The position numbers were made by a program, and so were the translations under genes. A stretch of 64,000 nucleotides of DNA from Candidatus Nomurabacteria bacterium (lineage in GTDB: Bacteria > Patescibacteriota > Minisyncoccia > Phycocordibacterales > UBA918). The notes under the pieces are model-generated. The model was not told the origin of the DNA and searched no databases. It saw nothing but the letters and a program-made list of their open reading frames with translations. This document shows, piece after piece, positions 28,560-36,693 of this stretch (position 1 is its first letter; the number at the start of each line of letters is the position of its first letter). The stretch is from positions 323,216 through 387,215 of the forward strand of contig JACKGH010000001.1 of NCBI GenBank assembly GCA_020632075.1, read 5' to 3'.

Positions 28560-28585
28560 GACTCTCCACAGAATTGTCATATAGT
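28558..28585 (+). promoter_or_regulatory. Promoter TTGACT-16nt-TATAGT for gene 28600-29175
   Basis: The -35 is at 28558-28563 and the -10 at 28580-28585. RBS CCGGAGG sits 6 nt before the ATG. Confidence 0.55.
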
Positions 28586-28599
28586 ACACACAGCGTTCT

Positions 28600-29175
28600 T
28601 TGTATCAGAATCCGGAGGCCGTCATGCCACAAAAAGACTACGCTGAACTGATCGCGTACGCTCTCCAGCAACGCCTCAGACCCAAAGTAAACCTAAACCA
28701 ACGTTCGATCCGTGCTCACCAGAGCACTAAGGGACTCGTGTCTGCCCGTGCTAACATCTGTCATCTTCATAATCTCCTCGAGCAGATCAAGGGAGATATC
28801 GGAGATCTGCAGGTGCAAAACTTCTGCGCAGTACAAGAAAACAACCACCAACAGAGCACTGCTCTGCTTGAACGTATAGCACAGCTCGAAAAGTTGTGTC
28901 TGCACGTAGGTGGAATCAAGGACGTGTTCGTCCAGCTGCAGCTAGCTGAAAAGAATGTTTCGTACCGATCGTACGGGCTCACGCTCGCGCCGCACTGGTT
29001 GATCGTTCCGATTGACCAAGCTCAAGAACGATCGCCTCTGAGTGACCTGATCGACACGACTACACTCATCGATACCTATGGCGGCGTCGCCACAGCAGAC
29101 GACCATCATAACGGTGGTGAACTGCCAAGCGATGGCACAGTCGTACCATTCAGACGGAAACCAACAAAAGAATGA
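28600..29175 (+). CDS. Hypothetical protein (191 aa); paralogue of the preceding gene
   Basis: ORF with its own promoter and RBS. Terminator at 29182-29205. Confidence 0.5.
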   Translation: MYQNPEAVMPQKDYAELIAYALQQRLRPKVNLNQRSIRAHQSTKGLVSARANICHLHNLLEQIKGDIGDLQVQNFCAVQENNHQQSTALLERIAQLEKLCLHVGGIKDVFVQLQLAEKNVSYRSYGLTLAPHWLIVPIDQAQERSPLSDLIDTTTLIDTYGGVATADDHHNGGELPSDGTVVPFRRKPTKE

Positions 29176-29181
29176 AGAAAC

Positions 29182-29205
29182 ACCGGCTTAAAACGCCGGT
29201 TTTTT
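29182..29205 (+). terminator. Terminator accggc-ttaaaac-gccggt-ttttt
   Basis: 6-bp stem with a T5 run. Confidence 0.7.
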
Positions 29206-29222
29206 GTGCTCACAGTGTACTA

Positions 29223-29250
29223 TTGACTTTTTACTAAAATAGTGTATATT
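29223..29250 (+). promoter_or_regulatory. Promoter TTGACT-16nt-TATATT for gene 29299-29784
   Basis: The -35 is at 29223-29228 and the -10 at 29245-29250. Confidence 0.5.
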
Positions 29251-29298
29251 TATGGGTCGTAGTTCGCGCCCGTTCATTAACTCAACAAGGAGAAACAG

Positions 29299-29784
29299 AT
29301 GGCACACGCAGCCGCTGTCCGCAAAACTCAATCGACCGACCGTCCGCAGCCTGACCGTCGTTTCATTCGCAGCCACATCGGCCTCATCGAAAGACCGTCG
29401 CAGGTCAGCGACGAGAAATTCGACCCGGAAGGTGGCTCGTACTGGCAGTACGGCCTGCCGCTCGGCGACGAAGATCGCCGCAAGTGGTGCAACCACCACC
29501 TGAAAAAGCCGCTCGAAAGCTTCCGGACCATCGGTGGTACCGACGAAAACGGCGAGGGCATCGTCTACCTCGTCGCCTTCATCGAGGTGTGGGAGAAGCG
29601 CATTGGAGGGAACACGTACAAGTACGTGGACATCTTCCGGGCCCGCCCGAAGCAGGAACCGCAAGGCGTCTTCAAGGTATACCGCTTGGCGCAAAATGCG
29701 CCGGAGCGCGGCGATGGCGTCTTCACCTACCCGAGCTGGGGTGGCATGATCACCTTCTCGAAGTTCGGAAGATCCTCCAAGTAA
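29299..29784 (+). CDS. Hypothetical protein (161 aa) in a GC-rich (~60%) compositional outlier segment
   Basis: AAGGAG sits 6 nt upstream of the ATG. Several overlapping long ORFs appear on both strands, as is typical of high-GC DNA. Terminator at 29812-29837. Confidence 0.5.
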   Translation: MAHAAAVRKTQSTDRPQPDRRFIRSHIGLIERPSQVSDEKFDPEGGSYWQYGLPLGDEDRRKWCNHHLKKPLESFRTIGGTDENGEGIVYLVAFIEVWEKRIGGNTYKYVDIFRARPKQEPQGVFKVYRLAQNAPERGDGVFTYPSWGGMITFSKFGRSSK

Positions 29785-29811
29785 GTAACGCGGCTGCCCG
29801 CCGCACCAAAC

Positions 29812-29837
29812 AACCCCGTCCCAGTGACGGGGTTTTT
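29812..29837 (+). terminator. Terminator aaccccgtc-ccagt-gacggggtt-ttt
   Basis: 9-bp stem with a T-run. Confidence 0.75.
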
Positions 29838-29894
29838 CAATGGTTGTGAAAAACAGCGACTGTTACCAAACAAGGCATGTATACTGTTAGTAAT

Positions 29895-31772
29895 ATGCCA
29901 CGTTCTTCTGTTGCAACGAAAACGCGGGGAGGTTCAAAGCGCACTGTCGTTAAAAAGGCAGTGGCTAAAAAAGCTGTCCGCAAAACTACTCGCAAGACCA
30001 CAAAGAAAACGAGTGTTAAAGTCACTTCTGCGACTATTACTAACGCCGCAAAAAAGATCAAGCTGACCGGTACGATCAAGCGCAACCCCCTCGGTCACCT
30101 ACTCATCGAGAAAGAACTCCGCGAAGCAGGCTTCCGCGGCGGCATCTCGACTAATAAAAAGCTGCTTGAAGCGTACAGTACTGACGAAAGTATTTTCAGC
30201 ATTCGCCCCCAGGTAGTGATCCAGCCGAAAAACCGACGCGATGTGGAGATCGCAGCTGCTGTAGTCGCAAAAGAAACCAAGCGTTTTGATTCCCTTTCCC
30301 TTACTCCACGTGCCGCTGGTACCGGACTTGGTGGCGGTTCACTGACCGACTCAGTTGTGATCGATGTCTGTGCGCACCTGCGGCAGATCGGCGACGTAAC
30401 CGAAAAGAAAGGCAAGATAACGTTCACCTGCGAACCAGGCGCGATGTGGCGCGATGTGGAGAAGAAACTCAAAGAACACGATGCGTACCTACCGCCATAC
30501 CCCGCCTCGAAGGATATTTGTAGTGTCGGTGGTTCGGTGGCCAACAACGCCGCTGGTCCAGATTCACTACGCCACGGTCACTGTGCTGACTGGGTCGAGT
30601 CGATGGATGTGGTCCTCAGCGATGGACACACCTACACGATCAAGCCGATGACCTATCGCGAGTTCAAGATGCTTCTCAAGCAAGAACATGAGTACGCACG
30701 CATTGTGAATGCCGTGTTTGAACTCATCAGCAAGAATGAAAAAGAGATCAAGAATAATAAGCCAGAAACAGCGAAGAATAGTGCTGGCTATCCCCTATGG
30801 AGCGTCATGCCGCAAGGTGTTGCGAAGTTCAAAAAGGGCGAAGGGACTTTTGATCTCACTCGTCTCATTTCTGGCAGCCAAGGGACGATCGGTATCATTA
30901 CTCACATCACTATGCGTGCAATTCCGATCCCAAAGAACACGACTCTCATTGCAGTTTCGATCTTTGACCTTGAGGATGCCGCTCGCAGCATTACCGCTGC
31001 ACTTAAGTATGATCCGATCAATGTTGAGATATTCGACGCCCTCACTTTTAATCTCGCTTTACAGAACCCAAGCTTCTTTAAAGACCGCGTAAAGGGTGCA
31101 GATTACTACAAGGTGATGTTTTCAATGTATGCGACATACCACGTACGTTATCGTCGCCAAGTGCCAGAATTCACCGTGCTCATTACCCTCGACGAGAACA
31201 CTACCCAAGCTTACGACCCAGCAGACATCGCCAAGAAGATCGCTGGTCAGAAAGTAAAGGCACGCGTGGTAAACAACCCGATCGAAGCTGAGATGTTCTG
31301 GCAGATCCGCCGCGCAAGTTACACTCTTTCAAAGTTCCAAGACACGAGCAAACGACCAGCTGCATTCCTCGAGGACATGACTGTCCCACCGGAGAACCTT
31401 TCGAAGTTCTTTGTGCAGGTTAAAGCGCTCCTCAAGGAATTCAATGTCACCGCAGCAGTACATGGTCATGGTGGCAACGGACACTTCCACTTCTATCCGC
31501 TCCTTGATTTCACCAACAAGACTACCCCTGCCCTCGTCGAGAAAATGGCTGAGAAGTTCTTCTCAGCAGCAGTGAAGTTCCATGGCAACATTTGTGGTGA
31601 ACACAACGACGGCATCATTCGTACCCCACACCTTTCAAAGATGTTCTCAAGAAAGATGCTCGACATCTTTGAACAGACCGAGGCGATCTTTGATCCAGAC
31701 GACATCTTCAATCCTGGCAAGAAAGTGAATCCGCGCTTTGATGTAAAGGAGACCATGCGGACACAGAACTAA
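29895..31772 (+). CDS. FAD-linked oxidase (GlcD / D-lactate dehydrogenase-like, PCMH-type FAD-binding) with a ~60-aa Lys-rich histone-H1-like N-terminal tail
   Basis: FAD-binding region RPQVVIQPKNRRDVEIAAAVV...PRAAGTGLGGGS, and C-terminal HGHGGNGHFHFYP and FDPDDIFNPGKKV motifs of the FAD-oxidase_C domain. The N-terminus reads MPRSSVATKTRGGSKRTVVKKAVAKKAVRKTTRKTTKKTSVKV. Confidence 0.8.
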   Translation: MPRSSVATKTRGGSKRTVVKKAVAKKAVRKTTRKTTKKTSVKVTSATITNAAKKIKLTGTIKRNPLGHLLIEKELREAGFRGGISTNKKLLEAYSTDESIFSIRPQVVIQPKNRRDVEIAAAVVAKETKRFDSLSLTPRAAGTGLGGGSLTDSVVIDVCAHLRQIGDVTEKKGKITFTCEPGAMWRDVEKKLKEHDAYLPPYPASKDICSVGGSVANNAAGPDSLRHGHCADWVESMDVVLSDGHTYTIKPMTYREFKMLLKQEHEYARIVNAVFELISKNEKEIKNNKPETAKNSAGYPLWSVMPQGVAKFKKGEGTFDLTRLISGSQGTIGIITHITMRAIPIPKNTTLIAVSIFDLEDAARSITAALKYDPINVEIFDALTFNLALQNPSFFKDRVKGADYYKVMFSMYATYHVRYRRQVPEFTVLITLDENTTQAYDPADIAKKIAGQKVKARVVNNPIEAEMFWQIRRASYTLSKFQDTSKRPAAFLEDMTVPPENLSKFFVQVKALLKEFNVTAAVHGHGGNGHFHFYPLLDFTNKTTPALVEKMAEKFFSAAVKFHGNICGEHNDGIIRTPHLSKMFSRKMLDIFEQTEAIFDPDDIFNPGKKVNPRFDVKETMRTQN

Positions 31773-31786
31773 CTACCTCTAACGTA

Positions 31787-31825
31787 AAAACAGCTGCGGC
31801 CCATTTCATGGGCCGCAGCTGTTTT
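31787..31825. repeat. 39-bp palindromic hairpin element (copy 1) AAAACAGCTGCGGCCCATTTCATGGGCCGCAGCTGTTTT; also a bidirectional terminator
   Basis: 16-bp perfect stem with a 7-nt loop. A near-identical copy (37/39) lies at 35761-35799. Confidence 0.8.
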
Positions 31826-32092
31826 CCTATACACTTCTCTCCTCCTCTTTTGCAACCTCTGCTTCAGCTGCGGCGATCCTCTCTTCTACCACCGGACACA
31901 CTTCAGTTGGTGCCGGCAGCTGTTCTTCCTCCACTGTCTTTCGACCAAATAGTTTTGCGAAAATTCCCATACGATCAGAATAGCACGGAGGAGGCACACA
32001 ACAGGTAACTCCCCACAAAGAACCCTTCCCTCTTTGCTGAATTTTTGTTATAACTAGGGCCAATTTTGCGGGCATCCGCCCACAGCAAAATT

Positions 32093-32164
32093 GGCCCTAT
32101 CGTCTAGCGGCTAGGACACGTCCCTCTCACGGATGAAACCGGGGTTCGATTCCCCGTAGGGTCA
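32093..32164 (+). tRNA. tRNA-Glu (anticodon CUC)
   Basis: Cloverleaf folded by hand. Acceptor GGCCCTA/TAGGGTC with one G-U pair, D-stem GTCT/GGAC, anticodon stem CGTCC/GGATG, loop C-T-CTC-A-C, T-arm CGGGG-TTCGATT-CCCCG, discriminator A. No encoded CCA. Confidence 0.8.
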
Positions 32165-32254
32165 CACATTGACAAATACAATTTTAAATGTAGTATGCCA
32201 TACAGTTCGGCATCCTGCCGACTTTTCTGAACCTTTACACGAGAGGAATCGTCA

Positions 32255-32614
32255 ATGAGTAACAACGAGTATCGTAACGATGTCCGCGAAGCAACCCGCG
32301 AAGGGGTCTGGACGTTCTGGCACATCTTTCCCCGCTTCCTGGTGGCCGTCGTAGTGGTCGCAGCCATCGGCTTCGGTCTCCGGTCCATCGGCATGTTCGG
32401 TGGCGCTGTCGTCGACCGTGCCGTGTTCGAGCAAACCCCGAGCTATGTTCAGGGTAAGAACACCTACATCGCCCGCCTGCGTCTGGAGTACGAAACGGCG
32501 GATGTTGGCCACAAAGAGGGCCTGCGTCGCCTCATCGTCTCTGAAGCAGAGACCATCGACCCGAGCAACCTGACCGACTCGAACCGCGTGTTCGTCGACA
32601 GTCTGCGTCGCTAA
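32255..32614 (+). CDS. Hypothetical single-TM membrane protein (119 aa), GC-rich
   Basis: GAGAGG RBS sits 6 nt upstream. N-terminal TM (FLVAVVVVAAIGFGL) followed by a soluble domain. Confidence 0.5.
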   Translation: MSNNEYRNDVREATREGVWTFWHIFPRFLVAVVVVAAIGFGLRSIGMFGGAVVDRAVFEQTPSYVQGKNTYIARLRLEYETADVGHKEGLRRLIVSEAETIDPSNLTDSNRVFVDSLRR

Positions 32615-32638
32615 TCACAACAACCTGGAGGTAGGGCA

Positions 32639-33199
32639 ATGAAAATGAGTCTTCAATCTGTCTGGGCAGTGCCTCTGGCACTTTTCCTTATCGGCATAAC
32701 TGGCTGTTCGGAAGTCGACAAGGCAATGCAGGAACAGGGTGAAAAAACCAAAAGTATGGCTGCGGAAGCTCAACGTCAGGCAGGTATGCCTCGTATCGTC
32801 AATTTCACGGAGTTGAAATTACTGAACTGGCTGTTCGAGTTGCGTGATACGGAAGGTCTCAAGACCTATACGTACGTGCGCGATTACGAAGGGCGGTTAC
32901 ATCACCTCTGCAACTCAATCGGTTATGGTATGCCGTTCAGTGCACAACGCACTTCGCCGGAGCAGCCGGCCGTTGTAAATCCCGGTAATGTGACGGGAGG
33001 GAAACAGACTTTCGTTCTGCCCCAACCTGAACCGAATGGGATGTTCCCGCCGACTTCAAGTTCGGCAACGTGGGTGGTCTGTGTCGGCAAGGATGGCAAG
33101 CCATCCCCCCTCTATGAGGAGTCGCTCATTTCTGTCAGCGTGTTCCCACTGAAGGCGGTCGATTCTTACACCCTCGACGAGCCCCCGAGCTGGAAGTAA
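32639..33199 (+). CDS. Predicted lipoprotein (186 aa), hypothetical
   Basis: GGAGGTAGGG RBS. The signal peptide ends in lipobox LIGITGC. The mature region is rich in Pro, Ser and Thr. Confidence 0.55.
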   Translation: MKMSLQSVWAVPLALFLIGITGCSEVDKAMQEQGEKTKSMAAEAQRQAGMPRIVNFTELKLLNWLFELRDTEGLKTYTYVRDYEGRLHHLCNSIGYGMPFSAQRTSPEQPAVVNPGNVTGGKQTFVLPQPEPNGMFPPTSSSATWVVCVGKDGKPSPLYEESLISVSVFPLKAVDSYTLDEPPSWK

Positions 33200-33412
33200 C
33201 CCACTCCTTTCTGAACCAAGTCCCCCGAATGCTTTTGCGAGCATCGGGGGCTTTTTTATTTCATACACAGTTCAGGATAAAATAGTATTTGTTTCACAAT
33301 CCGGTTCCAAATCAATCCCTAGACTCACCAATACATTCATACACTTGCGTGCAGGTTGTTTTCCCTGCAGTTTACTGTATTGTTTTCTCAGTTCTTTACG
33401 GAGACAAAAGAA

Positions 33413-34018
33413 ATGAGACAAGTGTCTTTAACGCTCGACTACCTACCCCTTGAAGAGCTCATTGAGCTTATCGATGAGCCTGGCCGCTCGGCCTGTAAAA
33501 GAGATCTGGACGAAAATCGCCAACTCTTTGAGAAAGCTCGCGGATCAACCCACAATCATCAAACCTGGGACGGTGGCTACATCGACCATGTCACTGACGG
33601 TATGAACTACGCGCGTCACCTGTATGCGTTTGATGCGGCGTTTGGTCGCCCGCTACCATTCACCCAATCGAGTGCCTTGCTCGTGTTCTACTGGCACGAT
33701 CGTGAGAAGCCATGGCGGATCGAAGTGCTACCAGACGGTACCGTCCGGAACCGCGAAGGTCTTACTACCAAGGAAGAGTTCAGACGCTTTCGTGAGGAGC
33801 AACTGGCCAAATACGGCCTCACGCTCACTCCTGCGGAGCACAACGGACTTACCTACGTCGAAGGAGAACACAAAGACTACAGCAGCGAGCGTCGGGTAAT
33901 GAACGAGCTGGCCGCCTTCTGCCACAAGGTCGACAACTGGTGCGCTCGCGGGTGGTACGACTACCCCAAAGCAGTTGATGATGAGTGGACCGGCGCGACG
34001 CGTTTCCGCTCCACTTGA
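33413..34018 (+). CDS. Hypothetical protein (201 aa); possible His-rich metal-binding motif STHNHQTWDGGYIDH
   Basis: Start at MRQVSLTL with GGAGA 9 nt upstream. Terminator at 34038-34062. Confidence 0.45.
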   Translation: MRQVSLTLDYLPLEELIELIDEPGRSACKRDLDENRQLFEKARGSTHNHQTWDGGYIDHVTDGMNYARHLYAFDAAFGRPLPFTQSSALLVFYWHDREKPWRIEVLPDGTVRNREGLTTKEEFRRFREEQLAKYGLTLTPAEHNGLTYVEGEHKDYSSERRVMNELAAFCHKVDNWCARGWYDYPKAVDDEWTGATRFRST

Positions 34019-34037
34019 GCTCAAAAATGATCTCTTG

Positions 34038-34062
34038 GCCCGCAACTTGTGCGGGCTTTTTT
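34038..34062 (+). terminator. Terminator gcccgc-aacttgt-gcgggc-tttttt
   Basis: 6-bp stem with a T6 run. Confidence 0.75.
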
Positions 34063-34095
34063 GTTTTGAGTTATCGTATTTTACAGAATAAAAAT

Positions 34096-34126
34096 GCCGC
34101 CCCTTTTGAAAATTGGGGCGGCTTTT
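34096..34126. terminator. Hairpin gccgcccc-ttttgaaaatt-ggggcggc-tttt
   Basis: 8-bp stem. Lies downstream of the stop of minus-strand gene 34141-34740, and also has a plus-strand T-run. Confidence 0.55.
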
Positions 34127-34140
34127 GTCTTGTGCTTGTA

Positions 34141-34740
34141 TCAATGCAGCGACTCGACCTGACTCCTGTCGACGGCAGCATGGATCAATTCCATCTGCCT
34201 GTGATGCGCGCGGAGCAGTTCGGGCAGCTGAGCACGCACCCGAGCCGAATCTTGCAACAGCAAGTCCTTGTCGTTGAGCGAAACCAATACGAACGCATGG
34301 TACCGATTGGGCGGATACTCCATGACCTGCCGACGTGGCAGCTTTGCGTAGAAGCGATCGATCGCTTGCCAGAGCTCGAGCAAGGCTCCGAAGAACGACG
34401 GACGCGGCAAATTCTCCTGCCAGTAGCGCATGGTCGCAACTACCGATGCGTCGAGATCTTCCTCAAGACACGACACCAGATCCTTGACCATGTAACCGAG
34501 CGTTGGTGCGTACGAGAAGGACGCAAACCGCAAGGCACACACGGTGTACATTCTCGGGATGAGGTCCGGATACCGCCTTACCGCTTGCTGAATGATCGTG
34601 TGATCACGATGATCACGAATGAACTGCTCCACGAATCTCCAGATCCGCAGCGAAAAATTTTCAAGCTCAAGCGCCGGACCAACACCTGAGTATCGGACAC
34701 GAAGCCCTTGTACAAAGTACTCTTTTTCCAGTGATTGCAT
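34141..34740 (-). CDS. Hypothetical protein (199 aa), GC-rich
   Basis: GAGGAG RBS sits 9 nt upstream of the ATG at 34740. Ends at a terminator. Preferred over the antisense plus-strand ORF 33985-34689. Confidence 0.45.
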   Translation of the reverse strand: MQSLEKEYFVQGLRVRYSGVGPALELENFSLRIWRFVEQFIRDHRDHTIIQQAVRRYPDLIPRMYTVCALRFASFSYAPTLGYMVKDLVSCLEEDLDASVVATMRYWQENLPRPSFFGALLELWQAIDRFYAKLPRRQVMEYPPNRYHAFVLVSLNDKDLLLQDSARVRAQLPELLRAHHRQMELIHAAVDRSQVESLH

Positions 34741-34873
34741 GACATGCACTCCTCTATTACCTACGTCAGAATATACAACTTACCTGAACCATGTCAATTA
34801 CTGACTGAGTCTTTTCGTGCAGAAAACAAATTGCCACACCCTGAGGTATGGCAATGAAAGGTGCTGTCGCCTC

Positions 34874-35080
34874 TTACCAGGTGATAGACGTGGCCCGGCC
34901 ACTGATCGTGACCTTGTAACCCTTAGCCCTCAACTGATCCGCAACCTCATTGGTGATGCATCCATCGATACCGGCACCCCTTTTTTCGGGATGATTCTCC
35001 ATGACGTGCCTGATTGCCTGACCTGCAATCTTAAGTTCATTTGAAGCACGCGCTTCGTCAGCAGTGGGGAGACCGGACAT
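34874..35080 (-). CDS. Hypothetical small protein (68 aa)
   Basis: GGAGGT RBS sits 7 nt upstream of the ATG. Confidence 0.4.
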   Translation of the reverse strand: MSGLPTADEARASNELKIAGQAIRHVMENHPEKRGAGIDGCITNEVADQLRAKGYKVTISGRATSITW

Positions 35081-35170
35081 GTATAACCTCCGTCTTGATC
35101 ACTCACGAAAGTATGAGCTGAAAATACTATATTATATAAATATTGTTATGTCAATATATAGCTGAGAAAT

Positions 35171-35199
35171 TAAAAACAGCGTGCCTTGTGAGCACGCTG
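35171..35199 (-). terminator. Terminator (minus strand) cagcgtgc-tcacaag-gcacgctg-ttttt
   Basis: 8-bp stem with a T5 run downstream of the stop at 35218. Confidence 0.75.
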
Positions 35200-35217
35200 C
35201 TGTAGCAGATACTGTTT

Positions 35218-35673
35218 CTAGACAGAAACGACACTGTGTGAGACCTCGTTCAAGGCGTGTGCTCCACGGCCGAGACCATCTTCGATCTTATCTTCGACCG
35301 ATGCTTCCCCGACCATATTGGCATAGACCCAACCGATGTCGATCATCGTGAAGATCTTGCCGCTTGACGAGCGTCTGGTTCGAAAGAGCATTTTGATGCC
35401 CTGCTCTTTGGTGAGTTCGAAGCGAACCACACCATCTGGACACAGCTCGAACAGCGCTTCGGTGAGCTTCCCCATGGCCTCGATGAGTTTGAGATACGGT
35501 GAGGTAAAGCCCTCGTAGACCAGGCCATGCGTAACAACGGCGGTACGTACCACCTCCTTCATTCTCTCCGTCGCGGCCTCTACACCGCTCTGGTGACTAT
35601 GCTCTTCATAGAGCGATGGAAAACGTTCTCTCTGCCAATGCAGAGTGGTGTGCTGGCGAATCATGTCGATCAC
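35218..35673 (-). CDS. Hypothetical protein (151 aa)
   Basis: ORF with no recognisable motif. Confidence 0.4.
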   Translation of the reverse strand: MIDMIRQHTTLHWQRERFPSLYEEHSHQSGVEAATERMKEVVRTAVVTHGLVYEGFTSPYLKLIEAMGKLTEALFELCPDGVVRFELTKEQGIKMLFRTRRSSSGKIFTMIDIGWVYANMVGEASVEDKIEDGLGRGAHALNEVSHSVVSV

Positions 35674-35760
35674 TCCTCTGCAGATTCAAAATCCAAATTC
35701 CCACATATAAATAATGCAACTGGTACTGACTTTTGGCAAGAGAGTTACGCACAGGGTGGT

Positions 35761-35799
35761 AAAACAGCCGCGGCCCATGAAATGGGCCGCGGCTGTTTT
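35761..35799. repeat. 39-bp palindromic hairpin element (copy 2) AAAACAGCCGCGGCCCATGAAATGGGCCGCGGCTGTTTT
   Basis: Matches 31787-31825 with the loop inverted and one compensated stem pair changed. Also serves as terminator for the CMD-family gene. Confidence 0.8.
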
Positions 35800-35809
35800 C
35801 ACTCCTTCT

Positions 35810-36325
35810 CTACCCCGGCATCACACCAAGCGCGTCATTGAAACGATTGATGTAATTGAATAGTCCGATCACGGCAGTCAGCTCAACGAGCTCCTCGTCA
35901 GTGAAGGTTTCCTTGGCCTTGGCAGTAATTGACGGATCGATCTCGTACGCTTTCTCGGTCACCGCGCGCGCAAATTCGATCGCTACCTTTTCTCGCTCGT
36001 CAGCCTGCTCCTCGACCGCTTCGATCGCAGCGTCGTCGAGTCCAAACTGGCGCAGCTGTGCATTTGCAACATCGATACAGAATTCGCACTTATTGAGCTT
36101 CGAAACAGCATTGGCCACCTTCCACTTAAGCAGGCTCGGCAACGGCGCATCGTCCATTGTTGCCTTGAACATAGCAAAGAAACCAACCAAGATATCATCA
36201 CAGTTGGCCATCACCTGCATCCACTTTGGGACCGGCTTGTCATGACTAGTAAATTGTTCATACAGCTTGCGAGCATCTCCTGAGAGCTCACTTTCTGCTA
36301 CTCGTTTTACAATTGGTTCTGGCAT
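35810..36325 (-). CDS. Carboxymuconolactone decarboxylase / AhpD-like family protein
   Basis: ANAVSKLNKCEFCIDVANAQ (Cys pair in the AhpD-like helical fold). Size of 171 aa fits. Confidence 0.6.
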   Translation of the reverse strand: MPEPIVKRVAESELSGDARKLYEQFTSHDKPVPKWMQVMANCDDILVGFFAMFKATMDDAPLPSLLKWKVANAVSKLNKCEFCIDVANAQLRQFGLDDAAIEAVEEQADEREKVAIEFARAVTEKAYEIDPSITAKAKETFTDEELVELTAVIGLFNYINRFNDALGVMPG

Positions 36326-36440
36326 ATTTGTGTTGTACTTATGGTAAATACCCTACTAGTATACTCGAAGTTCCCTTTCTTTTTTGCTCCAGTGGTATAT
36401 AGTGAAAAACTAGGAACACCGTGTTGTTGAGGTAATTAAG

Positions 36441-36647
36441 ATGAAAGCACGTGTATTTAAGTTCTGTCGATGCGCGTCTTGGATCGCGTATATCGTCACG
36501 ATCATCCTTGCTGCTGCAGGTATTGCATTCTGGAAGGAATTCGAGGCGCCGGTCAAGGTCGTATTCTTCGTAGCCCTTCTCTTTGTGGTCGTGGTCGGCC
36601 CGCAGATCTGGAACATTCTCTTCCAGTCCAAAAAGAAGGTGCTCTGA
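36441..36647 (+). CDS. Small two-TM membrane protein (68 aa)
   Basis: GAGGT RBS sits 8 nt upstream. A terminator follows at 36671-36693. Preferred over the antisense ORF 36339-36764. Confidence 0.45.
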   Translation: MKARVFKFCRCASWIAYIVTIILAAAGIAFWKEFEAPVKVVFFVALLFVVVVGPQIWNILFQSKKKVL

Positions 36648-36670
36648 TGGATGATGCATCGACGACGTTA

Positions 36671-36693
36671 AAACCCGCCAGAAGGCGGGTTTT
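36671..36693 (+). terminator. Terminator aaacccgcc-agaa-ggcgggttt
   Basis: 9-bp stem with flanking T/A runs. Confidence 0.75.

Noticed and set aside
29188-29849. Multiple overlapping ORFs (29188-29694 minus, 29484-29849 plus, 29534-29749 plus and others)
   Set aside because: By-products of the high GC content of this segment. Only the 29299-29784 frame has a promoter, an AAGGAG RBS and a terminator.
33985-34689. 234-aa plus-strand ORF overlapping the 34141-34740 minus-strand gene
   Set aside because: High-GC region yields open frames on both strands. The minus-strand ORF has a GAGGAG RBS and ends at a terminator, while the plus ORF starts inside the preceding gene and lacks an RBS.
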